This document shows, in pieces, positions 1 through 9,393 of a stretch of DNA of 50,670 bases (its first letter is position 1; every line of letters begins with the position of its first letter). Made by a program: the position numbers and the translations under genes. The stretch spans positions 1 through 50,670 of the forward strand of contig JBKPRI010000189.1 of assembly GCA_046734515.1 (NCBI GenBank), read 5' to 3'. The notes below the pieces were generated by a model. It was given only the letters and a program-made list of their open reading frames with translations. It did no database searches and was not told the DNA's origin. The DNA comes from Candidatus Methylomirabilota bacterium. GTDB lineage: Bacteria > Methylomirabilota > Methylomirabilia > Rokubacteriales > CSP1-6.

Positions 1-266
1 GCCATGCCGACGGTGCGGTGCATGTGCATCGGGTCGCCGTAGCCGCAGGCGCCGTCGAGGATCAGGAGGAGCGGCGATACCGCGCGGATGTCGAGCGCGG
101 CCTGGCACATCTCGGTCAGGTTGAGGTTCGCTTCGAGCGCCACCTTCTGATAGCCGGTGGCGCCGCCGCCGAGATAGCCGGCGGGAAAGCCGGCGCGCTC
201 GGCCATGCGGGCCATCAAGGGATTCAGCACGAGCGGCGCGGTGACCGGCATCGCCCCCTGGATCAT
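1..266 (-). CDS. isocitrate lyase/PEP mutase superfamily enzyme, N-terminal fragment (gene continues past the left edge)
   Basis: Not in the ORF track because no stop lies in the window. Minus-strand translation from ATG 266-264 gives MIQGAMPVTAPLVLNPLMARMAERAGFPAGYLGGGATGYQKVALEANLNLTEMCQAALDIRAVSPLLLILDGACGYGDPMHMHRTVGM... The layout (NP..A...E.AGF.A.Y..G ... D.D.GYG) matches ICL/PEPM-family enzymes. An in-frame GTG at 284-282 is an alternative start 2 nt after the PIG-L stop. Confidence 0.6.
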   Translation of the reverse strand, partial: MIQGAMPVTAPLVLNPLMARMAERAGFPAGYLGGGATGYQKVALEANLNLTEMCQAALDIRAVSPLLLILDGACGYGDPMHMHRTVGM

Positions 267-286
267 CGTGCGCAGTGAGGTCACGG

Positions 287-1015
287 TTAGCGCCTCGCGA
301 TCAGGCGCCGGAAGACGGCGCCGTACTGGAAGTCGTAGCCTTTGGCGTGGTCGGCCGCGTTCTTCTTCACGCGCTCGCCGATGGTCTGGCCGGCCGGCAC
401 GTTGAAGCCCGGCATCTGGCTCTCGTGGCGCACGAGCGCGGCGATCTGCAGGTCGATCGACTCCGTCACGTCCACGATGACATTGGGCTCGTCCATCCCC
501 CAGTACCACAGCTCGCGCACGCGGTGCGGCTCCAGCCCGTCGCGCGTGATGTGCTCGGGGAAGTGCAGATGATCGCGCGCGTAGGGGTAGACGGCGTCGG
601 TGGTGACGGTGCCGGCCTTGCGGTGATCACGATGCTGGAAGCCGTTGACCCGGTAGGGATCGTGGACGAACACCGTGTGGGGACGATACTGGCGAATGGC
701 CTTCACCACGTTGCCCAGGACCTCGCGGGTGTCCTCGAGGAAGCCATCGGGGTAGCCCAGCATGACCACGTGCTTGACCCCCATGAAGTCGGCGGCGGCG
801 CGCTGTTCATCGGCGCGCTTGCGCGCCAGCTGCTCGGGCGTGAGGCTGCGATCGCCGGTTCCGGCATCGCCGTTCGTGCACAGGACGTACGTCACCTCGC
901 ACCCGGCCTTCACCCACTTGCCGACCACACCGCCGGAGCCGATCTCGGCGTCGTCGGGGTGGGCGAAGATCACCATCGCGCGCTCGGGCACTTCCGTGGC
1001 GATCTCCAGCATCAT
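287..1015 (-). CDS. PIG-L/LmbE family N-acetylglucosaminyl deacetylase
   Basis: This is the last 242 codons of track ORF 287..1909: [29 protein letters not shown]...HRDH... It carries the AHPDDxE and HxDH zinc-deacetylase signatures. The ATG at 1015-1013 overlaps the AKR stop (ATGA). The 5' part of the track ORF is an Arg/Gly-rich alternative frame of the AKR gene. Confidence 0.85.
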   Translation of the reverse strand: MMLEIATEVPERAMVIFAHPDDAEIGSGGVVGKWVKAGCEVTYVLCTNGDAGTGDRSLTPEQLARKRADEQRAAADFMGVKHVVMLGYPDGFLEDTREVLGNVVKAIRQYRPHTVFVHDPYRVNGFQHRDHRKAGTVTTDAVYPYARDHLHFPEHITRDGLEPHRVRELWYWGMDEPNVIVDVTESIDLQIAALVRHESQMPGFNVPAGQTIGERVKKNAADHAKGYDFQYGAVFRRLIARR

Positions 1016-1980
1016 GCCTCCCGCCACGCGCTGGCCGCGTCCAGCGTGGCGCGGGCGTCGGGGTCCAGCACCAGCTCGATACCGCCCATCAGCTCCTTGA
1101 GCTGGCCGACCGACGTGGCGCTGGCGATGGGCGCGGTGATGCCGGGCCGATGGGCCAGCCAGGACAGCGCCACCTGGGCCGGCGTGGTGCCGGTGCGCGC
1201 TGCCACCTTGTCGATGGCCTCCAGCACGGCGAAGCCGCGATCGGTCATGTAGCCCTTCTGCACGCCGGCCGCACGCGCCGTCGCGGGCAGCGCGGCGCCG
1301 CGGCGATACTTGCCGGACAGGAACCCGCTGCCGAGCGAGGAGTACGGGATGACGCCGATGGACTGCTCGAGGCAGAGCGGCTCCAGCTCCCGCTCGTACT
1401 CGTCGCGGAAGACGAGGTTGTATTTCGGCTGCAGGCACTCGTAGCGCACGTGGCGCCCGCGGTCGCTCTCCCACAACGCGCGCGTGAGCCGCCAGGCGAC
1501 GTAGTTGGAGGCGCCGATGTAGCGCACCTTGCCCGCCCGCACGAGATCGTCGAAGGCGCGCAGCGTCTCGTCGAGCGGTGTGTCCTTGTCGTCCCAGTGC
1601 GCCTGGTAGAGGTCGATGTAGTCGGTCTGCAGGCGCTTGAGCGAGGCCTCGACGCCTTCCACGATGTGCTGGCGCGAGAGGCCCTTGTCGTTCGGGCCGG
1701 GGCCCATCGGGCCGCACACCTTGGTGGCCATGACGACGGCGTGACGGTTGCGCCGGGCCGCCATCCAGATGCCGAGGGCCGTCTCCGACTCGCCGCCCTT
1801 GTTGCCCGGCGCCCACCGCGCGTAGACGTCGGCGGTGTCGATGAAGTTGCCGCCGGCCTCCATGTAGGCGTCGAGGACGGCTTCCGAGGCCTGCTGATCC
1901 GTGGTCCATCCGAAGGTGTTGCCGCCGAGGCAGAGGGCGGCGACGTTCAATCCGGTCCGGCCGAGCTTGCGCGTCAACAT
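1012..1980 (-). CDS. aldo/keto reductase
   Basis: 322 aa: [25 protein letters not shown]...NFIDTADVY...YIDLYQAH. This is a typical AKR N-terminus and length. AGGAGA lies 7 nt upstream of the ATG. Confidence 0.9.
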   Translation of the reverse strand: MLTRKLGRTGLNVAALCLGGNTFGWTTDQQASEAVLDAYMEAGGNFIDTADVYARWAPGNKGGESETALGIWMAARRNRHAVVMATKVCGPMGPGPNDKGLSRQHIVEGVEASLKRLQTDYIDLYQAHWDDKDTPLDETLRAFDDLVRAGKVRYIGASNYVAWRLTRALWESDRGRHVRYECLQPKYNLVFRDEYERELEPLCLEQSIGVIPYSSLGSGFLSGKYRRGAALPATARAAGVQKGYMTDRGFAVLEAIDKVAARTGTTPAQVALSWLAHRPGITAPIASATSVGQLKELMGGIELVLDPDARATLDAASAWREA

Positions 1981-2011
1981 GCGTGGGTCTCCTTGGACAC
2001 CAGCGTCGTAC

Positions 2012-2017
2012 TATACT
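2012..2017 (+). promoter_or_regulatory. candidate -10 box TATACT for thrC, overlapping a minus-strand TATAGT (2015-2010) for the AKR operon
   Basis: These are the only AT-rich hexamers in the 47-bp divergent intergenic region 1981-2027. TATACT lies 10 nt upstream of the thrC GTG (no SD). TATAGT lies about 30 nt upstream of the AKR ATG, which does have an SD. Confidence 0.35.
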
Positions 2018-2027
2018 GAGCGGTACC

Positions 2028-3373
<1,346 letters not shown>

Positions 3374-3374
<1 letters not shown>

Positions 3375-4570
3375 TGGCCGAGCACATCGAGCCGCCCAAG
3401 AAGCCCGTCGGTCCCAGCACGCTGTCCGTGCACGGCGGCGAGCCGCGCCCGAAGCCGGCCAACTCGCTGGCCACACCCATCGTCCAGACGGCCACCTTCA
3501 CCTTCGCCAACACGCAGGAGCTGAAGGACCATTTCGACGGCAAGATCGACCGCGTCGAGTACGGCCGCTACGGCAACCCGACGCAGAAGATCGCCGAGGC
3601 CAAGCTGACCGCGCTGGAGGGCGCCGGCGACTGCCTGCTGTTCTCGAGCGGCATGGCGGCCATGACCACCGTGCTCTTCGCCATGCTCTCGCGCGGCACC
3701 CACGTGGTGGTCACCGACGACAGCTACCGGCGCACGCGCCAGTTCCTCAACCAGACGCTGCACCGCTACGGCATCGAGGTGTCGACGGTGCCGGCGGGGG
3801 ACTACGAGGCGCTGGAGGACGCGATCCGGCCGACCACGCGCGTGCTGCTGAGCGAGTCGCCGACCAATCCGTACAACCGCGTGCTCGACCTCGAGCGGTT
3901 CGCCGCCATCGGCCGCAAGCACCGCGTGAAGACGGTCATCGACGCCACCTTCGCCACCCCGTACAACGTCCGGCCGCTCGAGTGGGGCGTGGACATCGTC
4001 ATGCACTCGGCCACCAAGTACCTGGGCGGCCACAACGATCTGCTGGCCGGCGCCGTGCTGGGCTCGCGCGAGATCGTGGGCGCCGTGCGCAGCCTGCAGG
4101 GGATCACCGGCGCCATCGTGGATCCCTTCGCGGCCTACCTGCTGATCCGCGGCATCAAGACGTTCGCGCTGCGCATGGAGCGGCAGAACACCAACGCCCA
4201 GGCGCTGGCCGAGTTCCTGGCCGCCCATCCGCGCATCGCCGCCGTCCACTACCCGGGGCTGGCGAGCCACCGCGAGCACGACGTGGCCAAGCGGCAGATG
4301 CGCGGCTACGGCGGGGTAGTGTCGTTCGAGGTGCGCGGCGACATCGACGCGGCCGCGCGGGTGGTGGACGCCTGCACGATCCCCCACCTGGCGGTGTCGC
4401 TGGGCGGCGTGGAGAGCCTCATCGAGCAGCCGGCCATCATGAGCTTCTACGAGCTCACGAGCGAGGAGCGGCTGGAGATCGGCATCAAGGACAGCCTCAT
4501 CCGCTACTCCGTCGGCATCGAAGATGCCGACGACCTCATCGCCGACCTCGCCCAGGCCCTCGACCGCTAG
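3374..4570 (+). CDS. Cys/Met-metabolism PLP-dependent enzyme (cystathionine gamma-synthase / O-acylhomoserine thiol-lyase family)
   Basis: 398 aa. The PLP-lysine motif HSATKYLGGHND is present, with the family-typical YGRYGNPT and ESPTNP motifs. The ATG overlaps the thrC stop (TGATG). Confidence 0.9.
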
Positions 4571-5385
4571 GCCGCCGCCGCCGGCAGCTCGTCCGTCCAC
4601 ACGGTGAACTGCGTCAGGGTGGCCGCGCCGAACGACGTGGTGAGCGCGACGTCCACGGCGTCACGGCCGCGGGCCATGAGCACGCGGCCGATCCGCGGGC
4701 AGTTGTGACGGGCGTCGAGGGAACGCCAGGCGCCGTCCAGGTAGACCTCGGCCCACGCGGAGAAATCCATCGGCGACGGGCTCGGCGGCACCCCGATGTC
4801 ACCCAGGAAGCCGGTCGCGTAGCGCGCCGGGATGTTGAGCGCGCGCAGGAACGTGATGGCCAGGTGCTGGAAGTCGCGGCACACGCCCTGCCGCTCGAGG
4901 TAGACATCGACGGCGGACTTCGTCGCCCGCGCGAAAGGGTAGCCGAAGGTCACGTGCGTGTGCACCCAGTCCACCACCGCCTGCACGCGCTCCCAGGACT
5001 CGGGCGTGGCGCCGAAGAGCTCCCAGGCGATGGCGCAGAGGCGATCGACCTCGCAGTAGCGGCTGGCCAGCAGGTAGCGCCAGCAGTCGGGTGGCATCGC
5101 GTGCACGGGGGTGAGCCGGGCGCCGGCGATCGCCGGTTCCGGACGCCCCGAGTCCTCGACGACGTTGTCGTACCGGATCCGCACGGCGCCGGCCGGCGCC
5201 ACCAGGCGCGCGGCGCGATTGCCGAAGGCGTCGATGAAGTCCTCGACGGCGGTGGCCGGCTCGACCTCGATGCGCTCGGGCTGCCGCAGCCGCGCGGCGT
5301 GCTCGGGGTGGACGTAGAGCATGAGCTGCATCGGCGTCGGCTGCGGCACCTGGAAGCTGAGCTCGTAGCCCACCCGGATGTCCAT
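4567..5385 (-). CDS. transglutaminase-like family protein (Bact_transglu_N plus transglutaminase core)
   Basis: 272 aa. The N-terminus MDIRVGYELSFQVP...DAFGN is typical of bacterial transglutaminase N-domains. The catalytic Cys lies in the context QGVCRDFQHL, followed by His/Asp (..DARHN..). Confidence 0.85.
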   Translation of the reverse strand: MDIRVGYELSFQVPQPTPMQLMLYVHPEHAARLRQPERIEVEPATAVEDFIDAFGNRAARLVAPAGAVRIRYDNVVEDSGRPEPAIAGARLTPVHAMPPDCWRYLLASRYCEVDRLCAIAWELFGATPESWERVQAVVDWVHTHVTFGYPFARATKSAVDVYLERQGVCRDFQHLAITFLRALNIPARYATGFLGDIGVPPSPSPMDFSAWAEVYLDGAWRSLDARHNCPRIGRVLMARGRDAVDVALTTSFGAATLTQFTVWTDELPAAAA

Positions 5386-5422
5386 GAGGTCACCGTACCA
5401 CGGCGCTCTGGCGCGCCTCTGC

Positions 5423-5428
5423 TAGGAT
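5423..5428 (+). promoter_or_regulatory. candidate -10 box TAGGAT 6 nt upstream of the Anbu GTG (leaderless-type), overlapping minus-strand TATCCT (5429-5424) for the transglutaminase gene
   Basis: The sequence is gcTAGGATagccgcGTG. There is no SD between box and start, and this is the only AT-rich element in the 49-bp divergent spacer. Confidence 0.35.
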
Positions 5429-5434
5429 AGCCGC

Positions 5435-6211
5435 GTGACATACTGCGTCGGCATCTGGACCCGCGAAGGCCTCGTGATGGCCGCCGACTCGCGCACCAAC
5501 GCCGGCCACGACCAGGTGAACATCGCCCGCAAGATGCACGTGTTCGTGCAGCCCCGCGAGCGCGTGTTCGTCCTGCTCAGCAGCGGCAGCCTGTCCTGCA
5601 CGCAGTCGATCATCACGCTGTTGCGGCGCGACTTCGACGAGGGCAAGGGCCTGGCCCAGGCGCCCTCCCTCTACGACGCCGTGCGCATCATCGGCGACGA
5701 GGTGCGGCGCGTGTCGGACATGGATCGCCTGGCCCTGGAGCGGGACGACTTCAAGTTCAACGTGAACCTCATCGTGGGCGGCCAGGTGCGGGGCGAGCGG
5801 CCGGGACTCTTCATCGTCTATCCCCAGGGCAACCCGCTGCAGGCCAGCGAGGACTCGCCGTACCTGCAGATCGGCGAGACGAAGTACGGCCGCCCCATCC
5901 TCGACCGCGGCATCCGCTTCGACAAGACGACCCTGGAGGAGGCGGCGAAGTACGCCCTGCTGTCCCTGGACTCCACGATGCGCTCCAACGTGACCGTGGG
6001 GCCGCCGATCGACCTGCTCGCCTACGGCGTGGACGAGCTGGAGATCACGCGGCAGCGCCGGTTCCCGGCGAACGATCCCGACCTCGTGAAGATCGGCGTG
6101 CGCTGGGAGCAGGCCCTGCGCCAGGCGGTGGCCCGGCTGCCGCAGATCCGCTTCCGCGCCGGTGCCGAGAGCATCGTCCTCGTCGAGCCGCCGCCGCCCT
6201 CTCAAAGCTGA
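5435..6211 (+). CDS. Anbu (ancestral beta-subunit) proteasome-like Ntn peptidase
   Basis: 258 aa starting (GTG)M-TYCVGIWTREGLVMAADSRTNAG. The Thr directly after the initiator Met and the ..DSRTNAG.. motif are hallmarks of the Anbu clade of proteasome homologs. It sits next to a transglutaminase gene, as in Anbu operons. Confidence 0.8.
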   Translation: MTYCVGIWTREGLVMAADSRTNAGHDQVNIARKMHVFVQPRERVFVLLSSGSLSCTQSIITLLRRDFDEGKGLAQAPSLYDAVRIIGDEVRRVSDMDRLALERDDFKFNVNLIVGGQVRGERPGLFIVYPQGNPLQASEDSPYLQIGETKYGRPILDRGIRFDKTTLEEAAKYALLSLDSTMRSNVTVGPPIDLLAYGVDELEITRQRRFPANDPDLVKIGVRWEQALRQAVARLPQIRFRAGAESIVLVEPPPPSQS

Positions 6212-7458
6212 TCTCGCAGGGGAATCAGCGGCAGGTACAGCAGATGGCGCAGGACGTGGCGCCGCCACTCGTCGAGATTCACCGCGGTGGTCGACTGCAG
6301 GTCGCGCTCGAAGATCTCGGTCATGCGCTGGGCCAGGCGCCGGTCCAGGAACGTGACGTTCAGCTCGTTGTTCAGCGCGAACGAGGCGTTGTCGAGGTTC
6401 GCGCTGCCGATCGACACCCACTGGTCGTCGACCACCATGGTCTTGGCGTGCAGCATGGCCGGCCCGTACTCGTGGATCTTCACGCCCGCCTCCAGCACGT
6501 TGCCGAAGTGGGCCTGGCTGGCCTTGCGGACGATCTGGTTCTGCGTCCCGCTGACCGCCCCGGCCGTGATGATGGTCACGTCGACGCCGCGGCGGGCGGC
6601 GTCGGCGAGCGCGCGCGCCATGCGGGTGTCCGGGACGAAGTAGGGATTGGTGATCTTGATCGACGTCCGGGCCGCGTCGATGGTGAGCAGGAAGAGCAGG
6701 TAGGCCTCGGTGGCGCCGCTGGCCGGCGAGCTCTTGACCGACTGGATGGCCAGATCGCCGCGCGGCTCCAGCGGCGGGAAGTACGCGTCGCCGGCCAGGA
6801 GCAGCGTGGTGGCCTCGCGCCAGTCCTCGACGAAGGCCGCCTGCAGCGCGCGCACGACGGGACCCTCCACGCGCACGTCAGTCTGGCGCCAGTGCCCCGG
6901 CTGGCTGCCGTCGCCCGTCCATTTGTCGCCGATGCCGGTGCCGCCCGTGAAGCCGACGCGTCCGTCGACGACGAGCACGCGGCGATGGTTGCGATGGTTG
7001 ACGCGGCGGATCGTCAGCGGCCGCACCGGATGATAGCGCGCGAAGGCGCAGTTGGAGCCGGCCAGCGTGCGCACGAGCTCTTTCGGCATGGCGCTGGAGC
7101 CGATGGCGTCCACCAGGACGTTGACGCCCACGCCGGCGCGGCACCGCTCGGCCAGCGCCTCGACGATCTCGCGCGCAATCTCGCCGTCCTCCCACGAGAA
7201 GTTGGCGAAGGTGACGGTGCGCTGCGCGCCGCGGATCGCCTCCAGCATCGCCGGAAAGATCTCGTCGCCGTTGACCAGCACCTGCGCGCGGTTGCCCTCG
7301 ATGAGCCCCGAGAGCGTATGGGCCTCGACGGCGCGCACGAAGGCGGACTCGCCGATGGACACACCGGGCGCGATGTAGTCCGGCCGGCTGAGCGTGCAGC
7401 CGGCCAGCGTGACGCACAGCGCGGCGGCCATGACCAGGGCGTCCCTGAGCGCGCCCAT
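6202..7458 (-). CDS. phospholipase D / cardiolipin-synthase-like lipoprotein (two HKD-type motifs), copy 1
   Basis: 418 aa. The lipobox is VTLAGC. The first motif is NHRNHRRVLVVDG (Lys replaced by Arg). The second is canonical: LHAKTMVVDDQWVSIGSANLD. Confidence 0.85.
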   Translation of the reverse strand: MGALRDALVMAAALCVTLAGCTLSRPDYIAPGVSIGESAFVRAVEAHTLSGLIEGNRAQVLVNGDEIFPAMLEAIRGAQRTVTFANFSWEDGEIAREIVEALAERCRAGVGVNVLVDAIGSSAMPKELVRTLAGSNCAFARYHPVRPLTIRRVNHRNHRRVLVVDGRVGFTGGTGIGDKWTGDGSQPGHWRQTDVRVEGPVVRALQAAFVEDWREATTLLLAGDAYFPPLEPRGDLAIQSVKSSPASGATEAYLLFLLTIDAARTSIKITNPYFVPDTRMARALADAARRGVDVTIITAGAVSGTQNQIVRKASQAHFGNVLEAGVKIHEYGPAMLHAKTMVVDDQWVSIGSANLDNASFALNNELNVTFLDRRLAQRMTEIFERDLQSTTAVNLDEWRRHVLRHLLYLPLIPLRDQL

Positions 7459-8715
7459 CTAGAGCTGATCCCGCAGCGGCACCAGCGGCAGGTAGAAGAG
7501 ATAGCCCAGGCGATGCCGCATCCAGTCCTCCCGCGAGACGACGGTGGTGTACTTCAGGTCCTCCTCGAAGATCTCGGTGAGCCGACGCGCGAGCTGGCGA
7601 TCGAGGAAGGTGACGTTGAGCTCGTTGTTGATCGCGAACGACCGGTTGTCCAGGTTGGCGCTGCCGATGCTGACCCACTGATCGTCCACCACCATGGTCT
7701 TGGCGTGCAGCATGGCGGGGCCGTACTCGTGGATCTTCACGCCCGCCTCCAGCGCGTGGCCATAGTGGGCCTGGCTGGCCTTGCGCACCAGGCGGTCGAG
7801 CGTGGAATCGACCGCGCCGGCCGTGATGATCGTGACGTCCACCCCGCGCCCGGCGGCGGCGGCCAGCGCGCGCGCCATCTGCTTGTCCGGCACGAAGTAG
7901 GGGTTGGTCAGCTTGATCGACGACCGGGCCGAGTCGATGGCCAGCAGGAACAGCAGGTACGCCTCGGCGGCGCCGCTGGCCGGCGAGCTCTTCACCGACT
8001 GGATCGCCAGGTCGCCGGTCCGCTGGGGCTCCGGGAAGTAGGCGTCGCCGGCCAGCAGGATGCCGGTGGCATCGCGCCAGTTCTCCGCAAATGCCGCCTG
8101 CAGGAAGCGGACGATCGGCCCTTCCACGCGCACGTCGGTCTGCCGCCAGTGCCCCTCGTGGCGACCGTCGCCCGTCCACTTGTCCCCGACGCCGGTGCCG
8201 CCGGTGAAGCCGACGCGGCCGTCGACGACCAGGATGCGGCGGTGGTTGCGGTGGTTGAAGCGCTTGAGCGCGAACGGGTTGACCGAATGGTAGCGCGCAA
8301 AGTGACACCCGCTGGCGCTGAGCATCTTGCGCAGGGGCTTGGGCATCTTGCTGGAGCCGACGGCGTCGACGAGGACGTTGACGCCCACGCCGGCGCGGCA
8401 GCGTTCGGCCAGCGCCTCGGCCATCTCGTCGGCAATGGGGCCGTCTTCATAGATGAAGTTGGCGAACGTGATGGTCGTGCGGGCCGAGCGAATCGCGGCC
8501 AGCATCGCGGGGAAGATCTGCTCGCCGTTGACGAGCACCTCGGCCCGGTTGCCCTCGACGCGGCCCGACATCGTGTGGGCTTCCATCGCCCGGATGAAGG
8601 CAGACTCCCCCACATGGACGTCGGGGGCGGCATACTGGGGACGGCTGAGTGTGCAACCTGGAAATACGATGCACAGCGCGAGGGCGGCGAGGCGTGCTGA
8701 CCATGGCATACCCAT
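7459..8715 (-). CDS. phospholipase D / cardiolipin-synthase-like lipoprotein, copy 2 (tandem paralog)
   Basis: 418 aa. It aligns without gaps to copy 1 and is roughly three quarters identical by eye. The lipobox-like sequence is VFPGC. Motifs are NHRNHRRILVVDG and LHAKTMVVDDQWVSIGSANLD. Its stop TAG (7461-7459) directly abuts the ATG of copy 1 (7458-7456). Confidence 0.85.
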   Translation of the reverse strand: MGMPWSARLAALALCIVFPGCTLSRPQYAAPDVHVGESAFIRAMEAHTMSGRVEGNRAEVLVNGEQIFPAMLAAIRSARTTITFANFIYEDGPIADEMAEALAERCRAGVGVNVLVDAVGSSKMPKPLRKMLSASGCHFARYHSVNPFALKRFNHRNHRRILVVDGRVGFTGGTGVGDKWTGDGRHEGHWRQTDVRVEGPIVRFLQAAFAENWRDATGILLAGDAYFPEPQRTGDLAIQSVKSSPASGAAEAYLLFLLAIDSARSSIKLTNPYFVPDKQMARALAAAAGRGVDVTIITAGAVDSTLDRLVRKASQAHYGHALEAGVKIHEYGPAMLHAKTMVVDDQWVSIGSANLDNRSFAINNELNVTFLDRQLARRLTEIFEEDLKYTTVVSREDWMRHRLGYLFYLPLVPLRDQL

Positions 8716-9131
8716 GGGTGGTGCAGCAGGCGTGCCAGGTCACGATCCTGGTCCTCGTCCTCGCCGTGGCCCCGGTCTTCGGACAGCCCGGCGATGAAGG
8801 CTTCATCGAATATCTCCGGCGGCAAGATCCCGCGGCCGCCGAGCGCTTCGTGACCCTGCGCAGCGCGCGCGATGCCGCCCTGGCCGACTACCGCCAGGCC
8901 TCCGAGCGCTATAGCGCCGGGGGGCCTGCGCTCCGGTCGGTCTCGCTTCCCGCGCTCCAGCAGGCGAAGCGGCGCTACGCGGAGGCCTCGCTGGCCCTGC
9001 TGGACTTCCTCGACGAGCGCGATCGCGGGCTCATCACCAAGCTGGAGGCCGACATCGCGCGCGTGAATCGCACGCTGGAGGAGCGCGCCCGGGATCGCAC
9101 GGAGCTGCAGCGGATGCTGCGCGGCGAATGA
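8703..9131 (+). CDS. hypothetical secreted protein (signal peptide plus helical/coiled region)
   Basis: Track ORF 8649..9131, trimmed to MAYPWVVQQACQVTILVLVLAVAPVFGQPGDEG..., which has a hydrophobic signal-like N-terminus. I recognise no family. GTG at 8718 is an alternative start that avoids overlap with the divergent PLD start. Confidence 0.5.
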   Translation: MAYPWVVQQACQVTILVLVLAVAPVFGQPGDEGFIEYLRRQDPAAAERFVTLRSARDAALADYRQASERYSAGGPALRSVSLPALQQAKRRYAEASLALLDFLDERDRGLITKLEADIARVNRTLEERARDRTELQRMLRGE

Positions 9132-9185
9132 GGTCATCGGCCGCTTCACCGATCCGGTATCCTGTCGAGAGAGGGAGGCGCGTGG

Positions 9186-9374
9186 ATGAGCGAGGAGTGC
9201 AAGCACGGCTTGAGGACCGGATGCGCCTACTGTCACGCGCGCACGCCGGCCGATCCCGCGCCGCGGACCCCCGGCCAGCGACGGCGCGCACGCAGCACCC
9301 CGATGTCCGAGAAGATGAACGACCGCATGACGGCGCTGCAGCGCCGGCTCAAGCAGATCCGCGGCAACACGTAG
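9186..9374 (+). CDS. small Cys/His-motif protein (62 aa), unknown function
   Basis: MSEECKHGLRTGCAYCHARTP...RMTALQRRLKQIRGNT. GGGAGG lies 7 nt upstream of the ATG. GC3 is high in this frame. The motif is C-x-H-x5-C-x2-C-H. Confidence 0.55.
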   Translation: MSEECKHGLRTGCAYCHARTPADPAPRTPGQRRRARSTPMSEKMNDRMTALQRRLKQIRGNT

Positions 9375-9393
9375 GCGCACGGGGGCCGCACCC

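Larger units (their letters stand above)
6202..8715 (-). repeat. head-to-tail tandem duplication, 2 x 1257 bp (PLD lipoprotein genes)
   Basis: The two gene units are equal in length with a period of exactly 1257 bp. For example, tract 6431-6496 and tract 7688-7753 are identical at 64 of 66 positions. Confidence 0.9.

Noticed and set aside
287-1909. Track ORFs that look like very large single proteins: 287..1909 (540 aa), 9771..12143 (790 aa), 28793..31129 (778 aa), 45201..47111 (636 aa) and 12651..14030 (459 aa).
   Set aside because: Only the C-terminal part of each matches a protein family (PIG-L, alanine racemase, enolase superfamily, amidase, DctP). The N-terminal extensions are Arg/Pro-rich read-through in an alternative frame of the upstream gene. 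True starts coincide with ATGA/GTGA overlaps or SD sites.
4567-4570. Convergent genes sharing overlapping stop codons inside a CTAG tetranucleotide (4567-4570 and 9771-9774). Longer convergent overlaps occur at 6202-6211, 25005-25060 and 41129-41160.
   Set aside because: This is common in compact high-GC genomes and shows no conserved structure. It is noted only because it leaves no room for intrinsic terminators.
6244-8700. An 818-aa plus-strand ORF spanning both PLD genes. There are similar very long ORFs at 1974..3476(-), 3245..4600(-), 14145..16079(-), 20866..22812(+), 23126..25138(-), 31849..33990(-) and 39358..40851(-).
   Set aside because: All are antisense to genes with clear family signatures. 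They have Arg/Gly/Ala/His-rich low-complexity translations and no recognisable motifs, and they owe their length to stop-codon scarcity in roughly 70% GC DNA. The internal repetition of the 818-aa ORF simply mirrors the tandem PLD duplication.
8703-8715. A 13-bp overlap of two divergent start codons (PLD copy 2 ATG at 8715-8713 and the hypothetical protein ATG at 8703) within a CCATGG...CCATGG context.
   Set aside because: This is most likely a start-site ambiguity. In-frame GTG codons at 8718/8721 would give the same signal peptide without any overlap.
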